A stretch of DNA of 63,109 bases from Thermoplasmatota archaeon (GTDB lineage: Archaea > Thermoplasmatota > Thermoplasmata > Halarchaeoplasmatales > Halarchaeoplasmataceae): the NCBI GenBank assembly GCA_051745305.1, contig JBNJDY010000003.1, positions 1 through 63,109 of the forward strand, written 5' to 3'. Made by a program: the position numbers and the translations under genes. Under the pieces are notes generated by a model. That model searched no databases. It saw only the letters and a list, made by a program, of their open reading frames with translations, and was not told where the DNA came from. Below are positions 20,304-29,623 of this stretch, in pieces (the stretch's first letter is position 1; every line of letters begins with the position of its first letter).

Positions 20304-23300
20304 ATGGGCCTAAGAGAAAAAGCGAAAAAAGCTCTTGAAGAAGAAGAAAAAACTTCTAAAGAGATCCAAAAGGAGGAAGAAGGAGTCGAAGAACTCGAGA
20401 AAGAGATCGAAGAATTAGAAAATAGAAGATCTGAGCTCATCGAAGAGATCGAAAAACTAGATGTAGAAAAGGAAGAACTTGTATCCAAAAAAGAGGAATT
20501 TGAAAAGGTGAAGGCCCAGATAAAGGAAGCTGTCGAGAAAAGACGAGAATTGGAGAACAATATAGAGAACTTGGAAGATGAATACGAGAGTTTGAAGGAT
20601 AATAGGGAGGAACTAGAAAGACTAACCGAAGAGTATGAGGGGATCCAGGAACAGAAAAAGAGTTTAGAATCTGAGATAGAAGAACTGCGTGAGAATAAAG
20701 AGCAGATAACGGAGGAAAAAGAAGAAGTCGAAGGTGCTAAAAAGCAACTTAATGATGAAATTAAGGAACTTGAGGGAGAAATCGAAGAACTAGAAAAAAG
20801 AAAAGGTGATCTGCTTGAGAGTGAAGGGGAGTTAAAAGAACTTTCAAAAGATGTGGAGGGGTTAGAAGGGAAAAAAGAGGAATTACAATCAGATATCGAA
20901 GAACTCCTTGAAGAGAAAGAAGAACTCGCAGTTTCTAAAGAGGAACTAGAAGAAAAAGCCAAAGAGATCGAAGAGACTGAAAAAGAATTAAAAGAAAGAG
21001 AAGAGAAATTACAGCAGGAGAAAGATGAGTTAGAGGGATTGAGAAGCGAGCTTGAAGAGGAAAAAGAAAGTATCCTTACAAATAGTGAGGAGGTGGAGGA
21101 AAAGAAAAAAGAACTAAAAGAGAAAGAGGAAACTCTGGAACAGAAAGATGAAGAACTACAACAGAAAGAAGAAAACTTAAAAGAGAAAAAAAGTGAAATC
21201 GAAGAGAAAAACTCCGAGCTTGATGAAAGGGGAGATGAACTTAAAACATTGAAAAAAAGTATCGATGGTAAGAAAGGTGCTCTTCAGAGATCTAAAAATC
21301 AATTAGAAGAGAGGAAGGAAGCATTGGAGGAGAGAGAAAAAGAACTAGATCAAAAGGAGAAGTCTTTAAGGGAAGAATTAAAACAGGAACTTTTAGAAGA
21401 TAAAAAGGAGGAGCTAGAGAATCTAGAGAACTCCATCGAAGAAAAAAGAGATGAAAAAGGAGAGTTGGAAGAGGATATCTCGGATTATGAGAAAAGATTA
21501 GAACAGCTTCAGGAAAAAGAGGTTCGTTTAAACAAGAAAGAAGAAGAGCTAGAAGAAAGGGAGGATGAGTTAGAAGAACGGGCTTCACAATTGGATGATA
21601 GAGAAGAAGTAATCGAAGAAAAGGAAGGGAAAATCCAGAGGTCTGAAGAGAAGTTAGCTGAGGTCGAGGAGAGAGAACAGGAATTGGAAGGGTTGGAAAA
21701 AGAGGTTAGTGAAAAAGAAGAAGCACTAAGTGAAAAGGAAGCAGAAATGTCCAATTTGGAAGGAACATTAATAGAGAGAGAGAATCAGATCGATGAGAAA
21801 GAGGATGAAATATCTTCTAAGAAAGAAGAGATAGAAGAACTAGAAGAAACTTTAGAAGAAAGGAAAGGTGAATTGGAAGCTAAAGAGAAAGATATACAAG
21901 AAAAGGATGAAGAGTTACAAGAACGGAAGAGTGAGCTAAAACAGAGAAAGAAAGGATTGGATGAGCGAGAGGAACACCTTGATGAAAAAGAAAAGAATAT
22001 CGGATCCTTAGAGGAGTCGATGGGGGAGAAAAAGAAAGAATTAGAAGAACTCGAAAAAGAGTTGGATGTAAGACGTCAAGATATCATCAGTTCTGAGAAC
22101 AAACTCGATATCAGGGAAGAAGAATTGATAGATTGGGAAGAGGAAGTAGAAGCTAGAGAAGAAAAATTATCTAAGAAAAAATCAGAAGTAGAAGAAAAAG
22201 AAAACTCCATTAAAAAGCGTGAGGAGGAACTGAACGATCTGCAAAAAGAGTTAGAAGAGAGGGAGAATAGATTAGAGGATCTTGAGAGCAATCTAGATGA
22301 AGTTCAAAAAGATCTCGTGGATCGTGAAAAGAAGATAAAGACTAGTGAGAAAGAATTACAGGAGCGGGAAGAAAACATAGAGCATACAGAATCTAATTTA
22401 GATGAACTTAAAAAAGAGCTTCGGACAAAAGAAGAAGACTTGAAAACTAGGGAAGATGAACTGCAAGATCTGAAAAAGGAGTTGAATGATAGAGAGAACG
22501 GTCTCGATACCAGGGAAGAAGCCATCAACGAAAGGGAAGATGAGCAAGATAAACGTGAGAAAAACTTAGATGAAAAGAGGGAAGAACTTGGTGAAAAAGA
22601 GAATCACCTTATAGAGTGGGAAAGTGAACTAGAAACGAGAGAAGAGGAACTGAAAAACTTCGAATCAGAACTCTCTGACAAAGAAGAAAGGTTAGAAGAA
22701 CTAGAAAAAGATCTAAGTGAACGTGATTCTGAGATAAAGGCGAAAGAAGATGAAATCGATGAAAGAGCAAATAAGTTAGATGAGCTGGAAAAAGAACTTG
22801 ACGATCGAAATGAATCACTTGAAAAGAAAGAGGAGAGATTAACATCGAAGGAAAGTCAATTAAAGGAACAGGAAGAGGGCCTTGATAAATTAAGAGACGA
22901 ACTGAAGAAGTGGGAGACCACTCTCGATGAAAAACAGGAAAGGTTGGAAAATGAAAGACAATCTTTCGATGAAAGGGTATCTGAGAAGGAAGAGGAATTG
23001 GCTGAAAAGAGTTCCTCCCTGGATGAAAAAAGAAATATACTTTCAGAGAAAGATGAGCGTTTGAGTGGATTGGAAAAAGAACTTTCTCAGAGAGAGGGAC
23101 GGGTCTCTAAAAAAGAGAAGAATTTGAACGAGTTAAAAGTGAAATTGGAAACGAGGGAAGAAGATATCCTAGATAAAGAAAAGGGACTCGATAAACTTCA
23201 AGAAGAATTAGAAGATTGGAGAGAAGAATTATTTGGTAAGGAAAACCAACTTGAAAAAGAAAGAAATAAACTTAATGAAAAGACTAAGGAGATCCAGGAA

Positions 23301-24362
23301 AAAGAGACACGACTCTGCGAAAGAGAGGATTTGGTAGAGGAAGAATTGGAGAAGGTTGAACAGGAGAGGGATGAACTTTCCGATATGTGGACAAAGATCG
23401 GAGAGAAACTTGAGGAAGTTGAGAACAAAGAAGAGAGGTTAGAAAAACAGCACTCCGAGCTTCAAGTCGAAAAAAGTGATTTGAAACAGAAGAGGATGGA
23501 ACTCGATCAAAGGGAAAGAGGAATAGAAAAGAAGGAGAAAGGACTAAAGGAGAAGGATGAGGAATTAGAGGAGGAAATAGATGAAGTTACACGGGAAATG
23601 GAAAAAGCCCGTTCCTGGAGTCAGACCGCTTTGGATAAAGAAGAGGAGCTAAAATTATGGGAATCCGACCTTAAAGAGTGGGAAGAAAAGTTGGATGATA
23701 GAAGAGAAAAGATCCAAGAAGAGCGAAAAGATATAGAAGAACTCCTTGAAGAATTACCAGAGAGGGTCGAAGAGGTAGAAAATAGGGAGGAAAAACTAAG
23801 TGAACGAGAGCTTGAATTGAAACAGCAAGAATCTAGATTAGAAGAAGTTAAAGATCAATTGGCTAATAAAACGGAAGAACTCGAGGAGGAAAAGAAGCAC
23901 GTCCAGGAAATCAAGGAAAGTGCTATGAACATGATGCAGTACGCCAAATCTAAGAAGGCTAGGGAAGAGAAGAAACGTAGAGAAGAGATACAGCACGAAA
24001 GAGAAAGACTAGAAAGAGAGAGAAAAAAACTTGAGAAAGAGTTGGCCCAGAAAGAGAAGAACCTCGAAAAGAGAGAACAGATGATGGAAAATAAGAAAAA
24101 TAATCTTATGGAAAGAGCTGAAGAGTTGGAAGAAAAGGAAACAGAGCTTCAACAGCAGCGAAATAAGATAAAGAAAGAAAAGAAAGAACTCAATGAAACC
24201 TGGAAGGAAATGGAAGAAGGATCCAAAGAGATGGAAGAGCTGGAAGAACGTGAAAAGAACATCAAAGAGAAGAAGAAAGAACTGGAAGAAAAGGAAGAAA
24301 AATTAGAAAAGAAGAAAAAGAGGATCGACAAGATGAAAAAACACCTTGATGATCTATTGTAA
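20304..24362 (+). CDS. Giant (1352 aa) all-coiled-coil protein with no recognisable globular domain
   Basis: Uninterrupted 4059-nt ORF. GGAG lies 8-11 nt upstream of the ATG, which is 12 nt after the previous stop. The sequence is almost entirely E/K/R/D/L heptad-like repeats. Confidence 0.8.
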   Translation: MGLREKAKKALEEEEKTSKEIQKEEEGVEELEKEIEELENRRSELIEEIEKLDVEKEELVSKKEEFEKVKAQIKEAVEKRRELENNIENLEDEYESLKDNREELERLTEEYEGIQEQKKSLESEIEELRENKEQITEEKEEVEGAKKQLNDEIKELEGEIEELEKRKGDLLESEGELKELSKDVEGLEGKKEELQSDIEELLEEKEELAVSKEELEEKAKEIEETEKELKEREEKLQQEKDELEGLRSELEEEKESILTNSEEVEEKKKELKEKEETLEQKDEELQQKEENLKEKKSEIEEKNSELDERGDELKTLKKSIDGKKGALQRSKNQLEERKEALEEREKELDQKEKSLREELKQELLEDKKEELENLENSIEEKRDEKGELEEDISDYEKRLEQLQEKEVRLNKKEEELEEREDELEERASQLDDREEVIEEKEGKIQRSEEKLAEVEEREQELEGLEKEVSEKEEALSEKEAEMSNLEGTLIERENQIDEKEDEISSKKEEIEELEETLEERKGELEAKEKDIQEKDEELQERKSELKQRKKGLDEREEHLDEKEKNIGSLEESMGEKKKELEELEKELDVRRQDIISSENKLDIREEELIDWEEEVEAREEKLSKKKSEVEEKENSIKKREEELNDLQKELEERENRLEDLESNLDEVQKDLVDREKKIKTSEKELQEREENIEHTESNLDELKKELRTKEEDLKTREDELQDLKKELNDRENGLDTREEAINEREDEQDKREKNLDEKREELGEKENHLIEWESELETREEELKNFESELSDKEERLEELEKDLSERDSEIKAKEDEIDERANKLDELEKELDDRNESLEKKEERLTSKESQLKEQEEGLDKLRDELKKWETTLDEKQERLENERQSFDERVSEKEEELAEKSSSLDEKRNILSEKDERLSGLEKELSQREGRVSKKEKNLNELKVKLETREEDILDKEKGLDKLQEELEDWREELFGKENQLEKERNKLNEKTKEIQEKETRLCEREDLVEEELEKVEQERDELSDMWTKIGEKLEEVENKEERLEKQHSELQVEKSDLKQKRMELDQRERGIEKKEKGLKEKDEELEEEIDEVTREMEKARSWSQTALDKEEELKLWESDLKEWEEKLDDRREKIQEERKDIEELLEELPERVEEVENREEKLSERELELKQQESRLEEVKDQLANKTEELEEEKKHVQEIKESAMNMMQYAKSKKAREEKKRREEIQHERERLERERKKLEKELAQKEKNLEKREQMMENKKNNLMERAEELEEKETELQQQRNKIKKEKKELNETWKEMEEGSKEMEELEEREKNIKEKKKELEEKEEKLEKKKKRIDKMKKHLDDLL

Positions 24363-24363
24363 A

Positions 24364-25353
24364 CTATTTTGCCCTCTCTATCATATAATCTACTAAAGAA
24401 ATCAGTATATTTTTGAATTCACTTTCAGGTAAAGATTTTATACTGTCTTTTGCACCGATTGCATACTCCATGGCCAACTCTCTACAATAATCAATAGATC
24501 TGTTTTTATTCAGCAGATCGACCGCTTCATCAACATCATCTTGTGTACTATCATCCTCAAGTATCTCAATGAGTCTGTTTCTGTCATCATCTTCTAGATT
24601 TTGAAGTGCGTGGATCACCATCAATGTTCTTTTCCCAGCTTTTATATCACTACCGACGGGTTTCCCGAGATCATTTTGATCACCCATCAAATCCAAGTAG
24701 TCATCTTGAACCTGGAAGGCGATACCCATCTTTCGGGCGTACTCTCCCATCATCTCTACCTGTTCATCGGAAGCATCAGCCAAAATAGCTCCGCATCTAG
24801 CTGCAGCCTGGAACAGATAGCTGGTCTTCTTTTCGATCATCTCTATGAACTCATCCTCGGTGATATCGAAAGTAGTCTCGAACCTCATATCCTCTTCCTG
24901 GCCTTCAGCAACCTTCAATACCGCTTGAGATATCTCGTAAAGTATTCGTTTTATTTTCACAGGTTCAACATCCATCTCTGAAATCAACCTAAAAGAAAGA
25001 GCAAAGAGCGCATCACCGACGTTTATAGCGGTTGGTAAACCTTCCTTTTTATGGAGGGTTTCTCTACCTCTTCTTAGATCGTCATCATCCATTATGTCGT
25101 CGTGAACTAAAGTGAAATTATGGATCAATTCGATAGATAGACCAGGAGTCAGAGCATCCATTTCATCTCCATCTAATGCCCCACAGGAAACCATTGTCAA
25201 AAAGGGACGTAATTTTTTCCCACCGGCAAGTGGATACCAAGCCATGTTTTGCCACATGAAATGGTCTTTATCTTTGAACAAATTCTTAAGCTCTTTATCA
25301 ACGATTTCTTTCCTTTTATGGATCTCAGCCATGAGGTCTGTCATCATCTTCAC
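24364..25353 (-). CDS. idsA: Geranylgeranyl diphosphate synthase (trans-polyprenyl synthase)
   Basis: First Asp-rich motif LVHDDIMDDDD and second FQVQDDYLD. Confidence 0.9.
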   Translation of the reverse strand: MKMMTDLMAEIHKRKEIVDKELKNLFKDKDHFMWQNMAWYPLAGGKKLRPFLTMVSCGALDGDEMDALTPGLSIELIHNFTLVHDDIMDDDDLRRGRETLHKKEGLPTAINVGDALFALSFRLISEMDVEPVKIKRILYEISQAVLKVAEGQEEDMRFETTFDITEDEFIEMIEKKTSYLFQAAARCGAILADASDEQVEMMGEYARKMGIAFQVQDDYLDLMGDQNDLGKPVGSDIKAGKRTLMVIHALQNLEDDDRNRLIEILEDDSTQDDVDEAVDLLNKNRSIDYCRELAMEYAIGAKDSIKSLPESEFKNILISLVDYMIERAK

Positions 25354-25396
25354 GCATAAGGGTAATAATTTGATATATTTAAGAGGAACGCTTGTA

Positions 25397-26443
25397 TCAA
25401 CTAGAGCTTATCCAATCGACTAACTCCCCGGTAACTATTACTTTCCTATCATTTAAATCATCTACGTTAGAACAGCCCTGGAGGAACATGGAGACCTTCA
25501 ATCCGAATATCACCTGCTGTAGATATTTAACAAGTTCATCTTTTCCCTTTTGAACGTACGGTAGAACGCCACCAGCTATTCCAGCTACTTCAGCACCCAT
25601 GGTAAGGGCTTTGGAAACTTCCACTCCGTTCTTGATACCGCCTGTAGCGATTAACGGAATATCTACCGATCTGCTGCATTCAAGCGTTGACACAGGTGTG
25701 GGTATCCCCCAATCCCAAAGTTCTTTGGCCAAAGTTTTCTTTAATTCATCCTTGATCCTAAAGTACTCCACCGCTGAAAATGAGGTTCCTCCCATGCCTC
25801 CAACATCTATGGCTTTAACCCCAGCATCCTGGAATTTCATTGCGACTTCTGTAGATACTCCAGCACCTGTTTCCTTAGCTATCGTAGGGACTTTATTCGA
25901 TATCTCTGAGAGAGCTTCTAATAGCCCTTTAGCATTTTTATCTCCCTCGGGCTGCACTACTTCCTGAAGGTAATTGAAATGAACTGCGAGATAATCGCCA
26001 TCTATCATATCTAGGGCATCCAAAGCTCTTTCCACACCATAAGGACTTTCACCATCCTGCTCAACTAGTTGAGGGGCACCAAGGTTACCAAAGACCAATG
26101 GAGGATCGTATTCGCTAACAACTTCATATGATCTCCTCAGGCTTTTATCTTCTAAGGCCGCCCTTTGACTGCCTACCCCAAAGGGAATGCCTACCTCTTC
26201 AGCGGCCTCCGCTAAACGGGAATTGATCTTCTCAGCACCGCTGTAGCCGCCGGTAATAGCTGATATCATTATCGGGGCGGACAATTTCTTTCCAAGGAAG
26301 TTGACGGTTGTGTTCACCTCCTCGAAATCTATTTCTGGGGCAGCATTATGATAAAATTTGAGCATGCCCCAGTAATCTTTCTCGACCTCAACATCCTCTT
26401 CTAAACATATATCGATATGATCTTGTTTTCGTGATTCGATCAT
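25397..26443 (-). CDS. fni: Isopentenyl-diphosphate delta-isomerase, type 2 (FMN-dependent)
   Basis: RKQDHIDICL N-terminus, TIM-barrel FMN pattern GGTSF...ATGGI.NG. Confidence 0.9.
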   Translation of the reverse strand: MIESRKQDHIDICLEEDVEVEKDYWGMLKFYHNAAPEIDFEEVNTTVNFLGKKLSAPIMISAITGGYSGAEKINSRLAEAAEEVGIPFGVGSQRAALEDKSLRRSYEVVSEYDPPLVFGNLGAPQLVEQDGESPYGVERALDALDMIDGDYLAVHFNYLQEVVQPEGDKNAKGLLEALSEISNKVPTIAKETGAGVSTEVAMKFQDAGVKAIDVGGMGGTSFSAVEYFRIKDELKKTLAKELWDWGIPTPVSTLECSRSVDIPLIATGGIKNGVEVSKALTMGAEVAGIAGGVLPYVQKGKDELVKYLQQVIFGLKVSMFLQGCSNVDDLNDRKVIVTGELVDWISSS

Positions 26444-27192
26444 GATTTCACCTCTGTATAAATAGTATCTTCTCCTTTTATCAACTGTTCCAACCTACCA
26501 TCCTCGTTCCCATTGACAAGAAAAGTTCTACAATCCTTAGACAAGTCCAGCATCTTTTCAACCTTCCGGTTCATGCCTCCAGTTACATCGATAGATGTGT
26601 TTTTTGTTAGGATGTCCTCTTTGGAAAGAGGTAGTTTACTTTCGGTAAATTCTTCGACTACCTTCCCTTTTTTATATATCCCATCGACGTTGGAAACAAA
26701 TATAGCCCTATCAGCGTTCTCGCCAAGAGCCAACATAAGGTCATCACCAGAACATATAGTGACTCCTCTTTTATCATCTAAGGTAACATCACCAAAGGTT
26801 ACAGGAACCACCCCTCTAGAGATATATTGATAAAATATGTTCTTATTCATGTCGATTAACTCCCCATCATCATATCGAGTTACGATACCACTAGGTATGG
26901 AAACAGCCCACAGTTCTTCTTCGATCATCATCTCTATGATACGGGTGTTCAATATCCTCATATCTTTTTGAACTTTAGAAGTCCCTTCATCTATGTTCTC
27001 GGGTTTGTGGCTGTTCAAATCAAATTTTTCAGCCCCGGGATGACCGAAACTACCGCCTCCATGTATAATTATTAAGTCCTCCTCTACTGATGATGCGATC
27101 TCTTTGATCAGTCTTCTTGTTGTCCTATGTTTAAATGTATATGGTATATTTTTATCCGAGATTACACTGCCACCTAATTTTATCAAGATCAA
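26440..27192 (-). CDS. ipk: Isopentenyl phosphate kinase
   Basis: ILIKLGGSVISDKNIPY...IIIHGGGSFGHP, as in archaeal IPK. TTG start at 27192 and a 4-nt overlap with fni. Confidence 0.85.
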   Translation of the reverse strand: MILIKLGGSVISDKNIPYTFKHRTTRRLIKEIASSVEEDLIIIHGGGSFGHPGAEKFDLNSHKPENIDEGTSKVQKDMRILNTRIIEMMIEEELWAVSIPSGIVTRYDDGELIDMNKNIFYQYISRGVVPVTFGDVTLDDKRGVTICSGDDLMLALGENADRAIFVSNVDGIYKKGKVVEEFTESKLPLSKEDILTKNTSIDVTGGMNRKVEKMLDLSKDCRTFLVNGNEDGRLEQLIKGEDTIYTEVKS

Positions 27193-27195
27193 GGT

Positions 27196-27357
27196 CTACC
27201 CATCCTTCTTCCTGCTGCAGATCGCAAACTCATCTCCGTCAAAAAAAACTTCCCTATCAGGATTCCTTCTCTGGATTTCGTCTATCATATTCTCTATATC
27301 TTCGAGCGTGATAGACTCATCCTGACGATCGATCTTTTTATGGATCTTCTTATCCAT
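27196..27357 (-). CDS. Small 53-aa ORF directly upstream of ipk (MDKKIHKKIDRQDESITLEDIENMIDEIQRRNPDREVFFDGDEFAICSRKKDG)
   Basis: Hand-translated; below the ORF-track length cutoff. Its stop is 3 nt before the ipk start. Confidence 0.3.
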   Translation of the reverse strand: MDKKIHKKIDRQDESITLEDIENMIDEIQRRNPDREVFFDGDEFAICSRKKDG

Positions 27358-27576
27358 TCAGATTCCTCTAGCTTATTTTAGTAGGAGATTTAACTACTTA
27401 TATTTTTTTGGTAAAGATAAGAAAAAATTAGATGATTTTTTCCCGACTATATTTCTATTTGTCATACATGAACTAAAGTGCCGAGTGTTTACCGATATTA
27501 ATGTCGATAAGTATAAATAGTATTAAACCTGTTTTAATTATGTCGGACAAACATATGACATATATGGTGTTGTAGT

Positions 27577-27714
27577 ATGACAGAAGGAAAAAATATATGG
27601 GATGCAGTTGACAAATACAAATACGCTATCATGTATTATGTATACTTTGCAAGCTGTTTAGTGGTTGCGTTATGGCTGGCTAAACCTATTGAGATCCTAA
27701 CTTCTCTAATCTAG
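27577..27714 (+). CDS. Possible 45-aa single-TM ORF in the 348-nt intergenic region
   Basis: Hand-translated as MTEGKNIWDAVDKYKYAIMYYVYFASCLVVALWLAKPIEILTSLI. No other support. Confidence 0.2.
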   Translation: MTEGKNIWDAVDKYKYAIMYYVYFASCLVVALWLAKPIEILTSLI

Positions 27715-28671
27715 GAGTGATCTAACGGTTAAGGCGATCGATTCAGCACTGGTATATTCCGAAGACCAGCCTAAATCTTTTAATTTCTCAATGGATAGAA
27801 GCATCACTTTTACATCACCTTTCCAGCCTCTACCACCATCTACTCCCCCGGTCCAGTTGTATTCTACATCTTCAAGACCCATCTCTTCACAAACTATATC
27901 CGCGATCTCTTTGACATTGATGTAATCTTCAGAACCGATATTAAAGTATTCTATCCTATCTTCTGAGTTTTCCGTTCCGTATAACATACCGTTGATACAG
28001 TCTGAAATGTAAAAATAAGATTTTGTAGTTCCAGGTGGACTACCCAATATCTCCAATTCTTTAGGATCATCCCTGAGTTTATTGACGAAATCAAACGTGA
28101 CACCATGAGTGCTCCTCGGACCGACGACATTGGCGAATCTGAAGCACACCGCCTGCATGTCGAACGTATGACAGTAAGCGGAGATCATAGCCTCGCAAGA
28201 AAGTTTCGAAGAAGCGTACAATGAGATAGGCTTCAACGGCCCTAAGTCTTCAGGTGTAGGTATCACATCAGTTTCACCATAGACTGTAGATGTTGAAGTG
28301 AAAATAATTTCGTTGACATCGTGCTTCCTCATGGATTCTAAAATATTGTATGTAGCGAGCACGTTCTGTTCTAAATGTACGTGAGTATCATCAGCACCGG
28401 CCCTGACATCTGGATTAGCAGCAAGGTGGAAGACCATATCACATCTGTCCATCTCTTCATCCAAGCGGTTCTTATCTAGAACATCTGCTACGACCAGTTC
28501 GAAATTTTTATCGTCCTGAAGATGTGAAACCAATTTCTTATCTCCAGAAGATAGATTATCGTATCCGACCACTTGGTTTTCTTCAACCAACTTGTCACTC
28601 AAATGACTACCTATAAAACCCGCCGCTCCTGTAAGGAGTATCTTTCTATCCTTCAAGTTCATTATTTTCAC
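27706..28671 (-). CDS. NAD-dependent sugar-nucleotide epimerase/dehydratase (SDR family)
   Basis: GAAGFIGSH Rossmann motif and YASSK catalytic motif. Confidence 0.85.
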   Translation of the reverse strand: MKIMNLKDRKILLTGAAGFIGSHLSDKLVEENQVVGYDNLSSGDKKLVSHLQDDKNFELVVADVLDKNRLDEEMDRCDMVFHLAANPDVRAGADDTHVHLEQNVLATYNILESMRKHDVNEIIFTSTSTVYGETDVIPTPEDLGPLKPISLYASSKLSCEAMISAYCHTFDMQAVCFRFANVVGPRSTHGVTFDFVNKLRDDPKELEILGSPPGTTKSYFYISDCINGMLYGTENSEDRIEYFNIGSEDYINVKEIADIVCEEMGLEDVEYNWTGGVDGGRGWKGDVKVMLLSIEKLKDLGWSSEYTSAESIALTVRSLLD

Positions 28672-29407
28672 CTTTTTTTGTTGTTTTAGATTTAGAATAT
28701 TTCATGTGATTTTTTGAAACGTAATATATCAATATGAAGATGATGCCTACGATAATAAGCGCACCGATCCCCTGGAAAACACTTGTTTGGAACGCATCTA
28801 ATATGGCGTCGCTCAGATACAAAGAAACCACAGCGATGAAAGTGCATCCGATAAATGATCCCGCGATTATCGCTAACCAGGCTTTGAACTTATCTAGCCC
28901 TATTACTTTTCCTACTATGGATCCTCCCACGCCACCGCTGCCTTGGAATGGGAACATTACAAAAAGAACTACACCTATGAATGCTACTTTAGAGATCCAC
29001 TGTTTCTCTTTCATCTTTTGTGCCCCGAACTTTTCAAATTTCTTTATCCAAGTACCGATAAGAGGTATTTTCTCTGCGATGTAAAAATTCCACAAAAGGA
29101 AATAGGATGTGACGATATCTACAAAAGCTATCGATCCTGCAACGAGAACTATGATTGTAGAAGGTGTAAGTACGCCTTTAGCATTTATAGCACCTACTGT
29201 AAGTGGGATCACGCTCTCTTTACCAGCAGGTGGGAAAAAATAACCGAACATACCTCCTCCGGTTATCCAATATATGCTTTTATTATGTATGATAATATAT
29301 AATAGAACTAGATATAGGGATGCGATAAGGAATGGTAGAAAAAACATTATTATTTTACCCGGGAGTGTTGTAAAGAATCCGTTCAATTCCTTATCTTCTT
29401 CCATCAT
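28646..29407 (-). CDS. Polytopic membrane protein (COG2426-like small export protein family)
   Basis: 253 aa with multiple hydrophobic segments. Family call is tentative. Confidence 0.5.
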   Translation of the reverse strand: MMEEDKELNGFFTTLPGKIIMFFLPFLIASLYLVLLYIIIHNKSIYWITGGGMFGYFFPPAGKESVIPLTVGAINAKGVLTPSTIIVLVAGSIAFVDIVTSYFLLWNFYIAEKIPLIGTWIKKFEKFGAQKMKEKQWISKVAFIGVVLFVMFPFQGSGGVGGSIVGKVIGLDKFKAWLAIIAGSFIGCTFIAVVSLYLSDAILDAFQTSVFQGIGALIIVGIIFILIYYVSKNHMKYSKSKTTKKGENNELEG

Positions 29408-29443
29408 AAAAGGAGTATGTGTAGATATTTAAGAACTTTGGGT

Positions 29444-29569
29444 TTATATCCTTGATTTTTCACCAAAAAAGATCTTTTTCCCGCAGAAGGGGCAATCTTT
29501 TGATTCTGTGTCTTTCTCTATTTTAAAATGAGTTCCACATTTCGGACATACTGCATCCAATTCCGCCAT
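29444..29569 (-). CDS. 41-aa zinc-ribbon protein (MAELDAVCPKCGTHFKIEKDTESKDCPFCGKKIFFGEKSRI)
   Basis: Hand-translated; below the ORF-track cutoff. Has a CxxC...CxxC pair with typical spacing and fills an otherwise empty intergenic gap. Confidence 0.45.
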   Translation of the reverse strand: MAELDAVCPKCGTHFKIEKDTESKDCPFCGKKIFFGEKSRI

Positions 29570-29623
29570 AATGTAATAATGTTGGTAATCGATAAAAAGA
29601 TTACCTATTTTAATGGATTCCAT

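Noticed and set aside
19046-24331. Many long minus-strand ORFs rich in Ser/Phe/Leu (for example 20258-20962, 234 aa; 19847-20254; 21509-21754; 23198-23428)
   Set aside because: They are the antisense image of GAA/AAG/GAG-rich coding sequence. The complements (TTC/CTT/CTC) contain no stops, so the frames stay open by composition. They have no start context and overlap the strongly supported plus-strand genes.
20304-24362. SMC/Rad50/MukB-type identity for the giant coiled-coil protein
   Set aside because: There is no Walker A/B, signature motif, hinge or zinc hook anywhere in the translation. The coiled coil runs to both termini.
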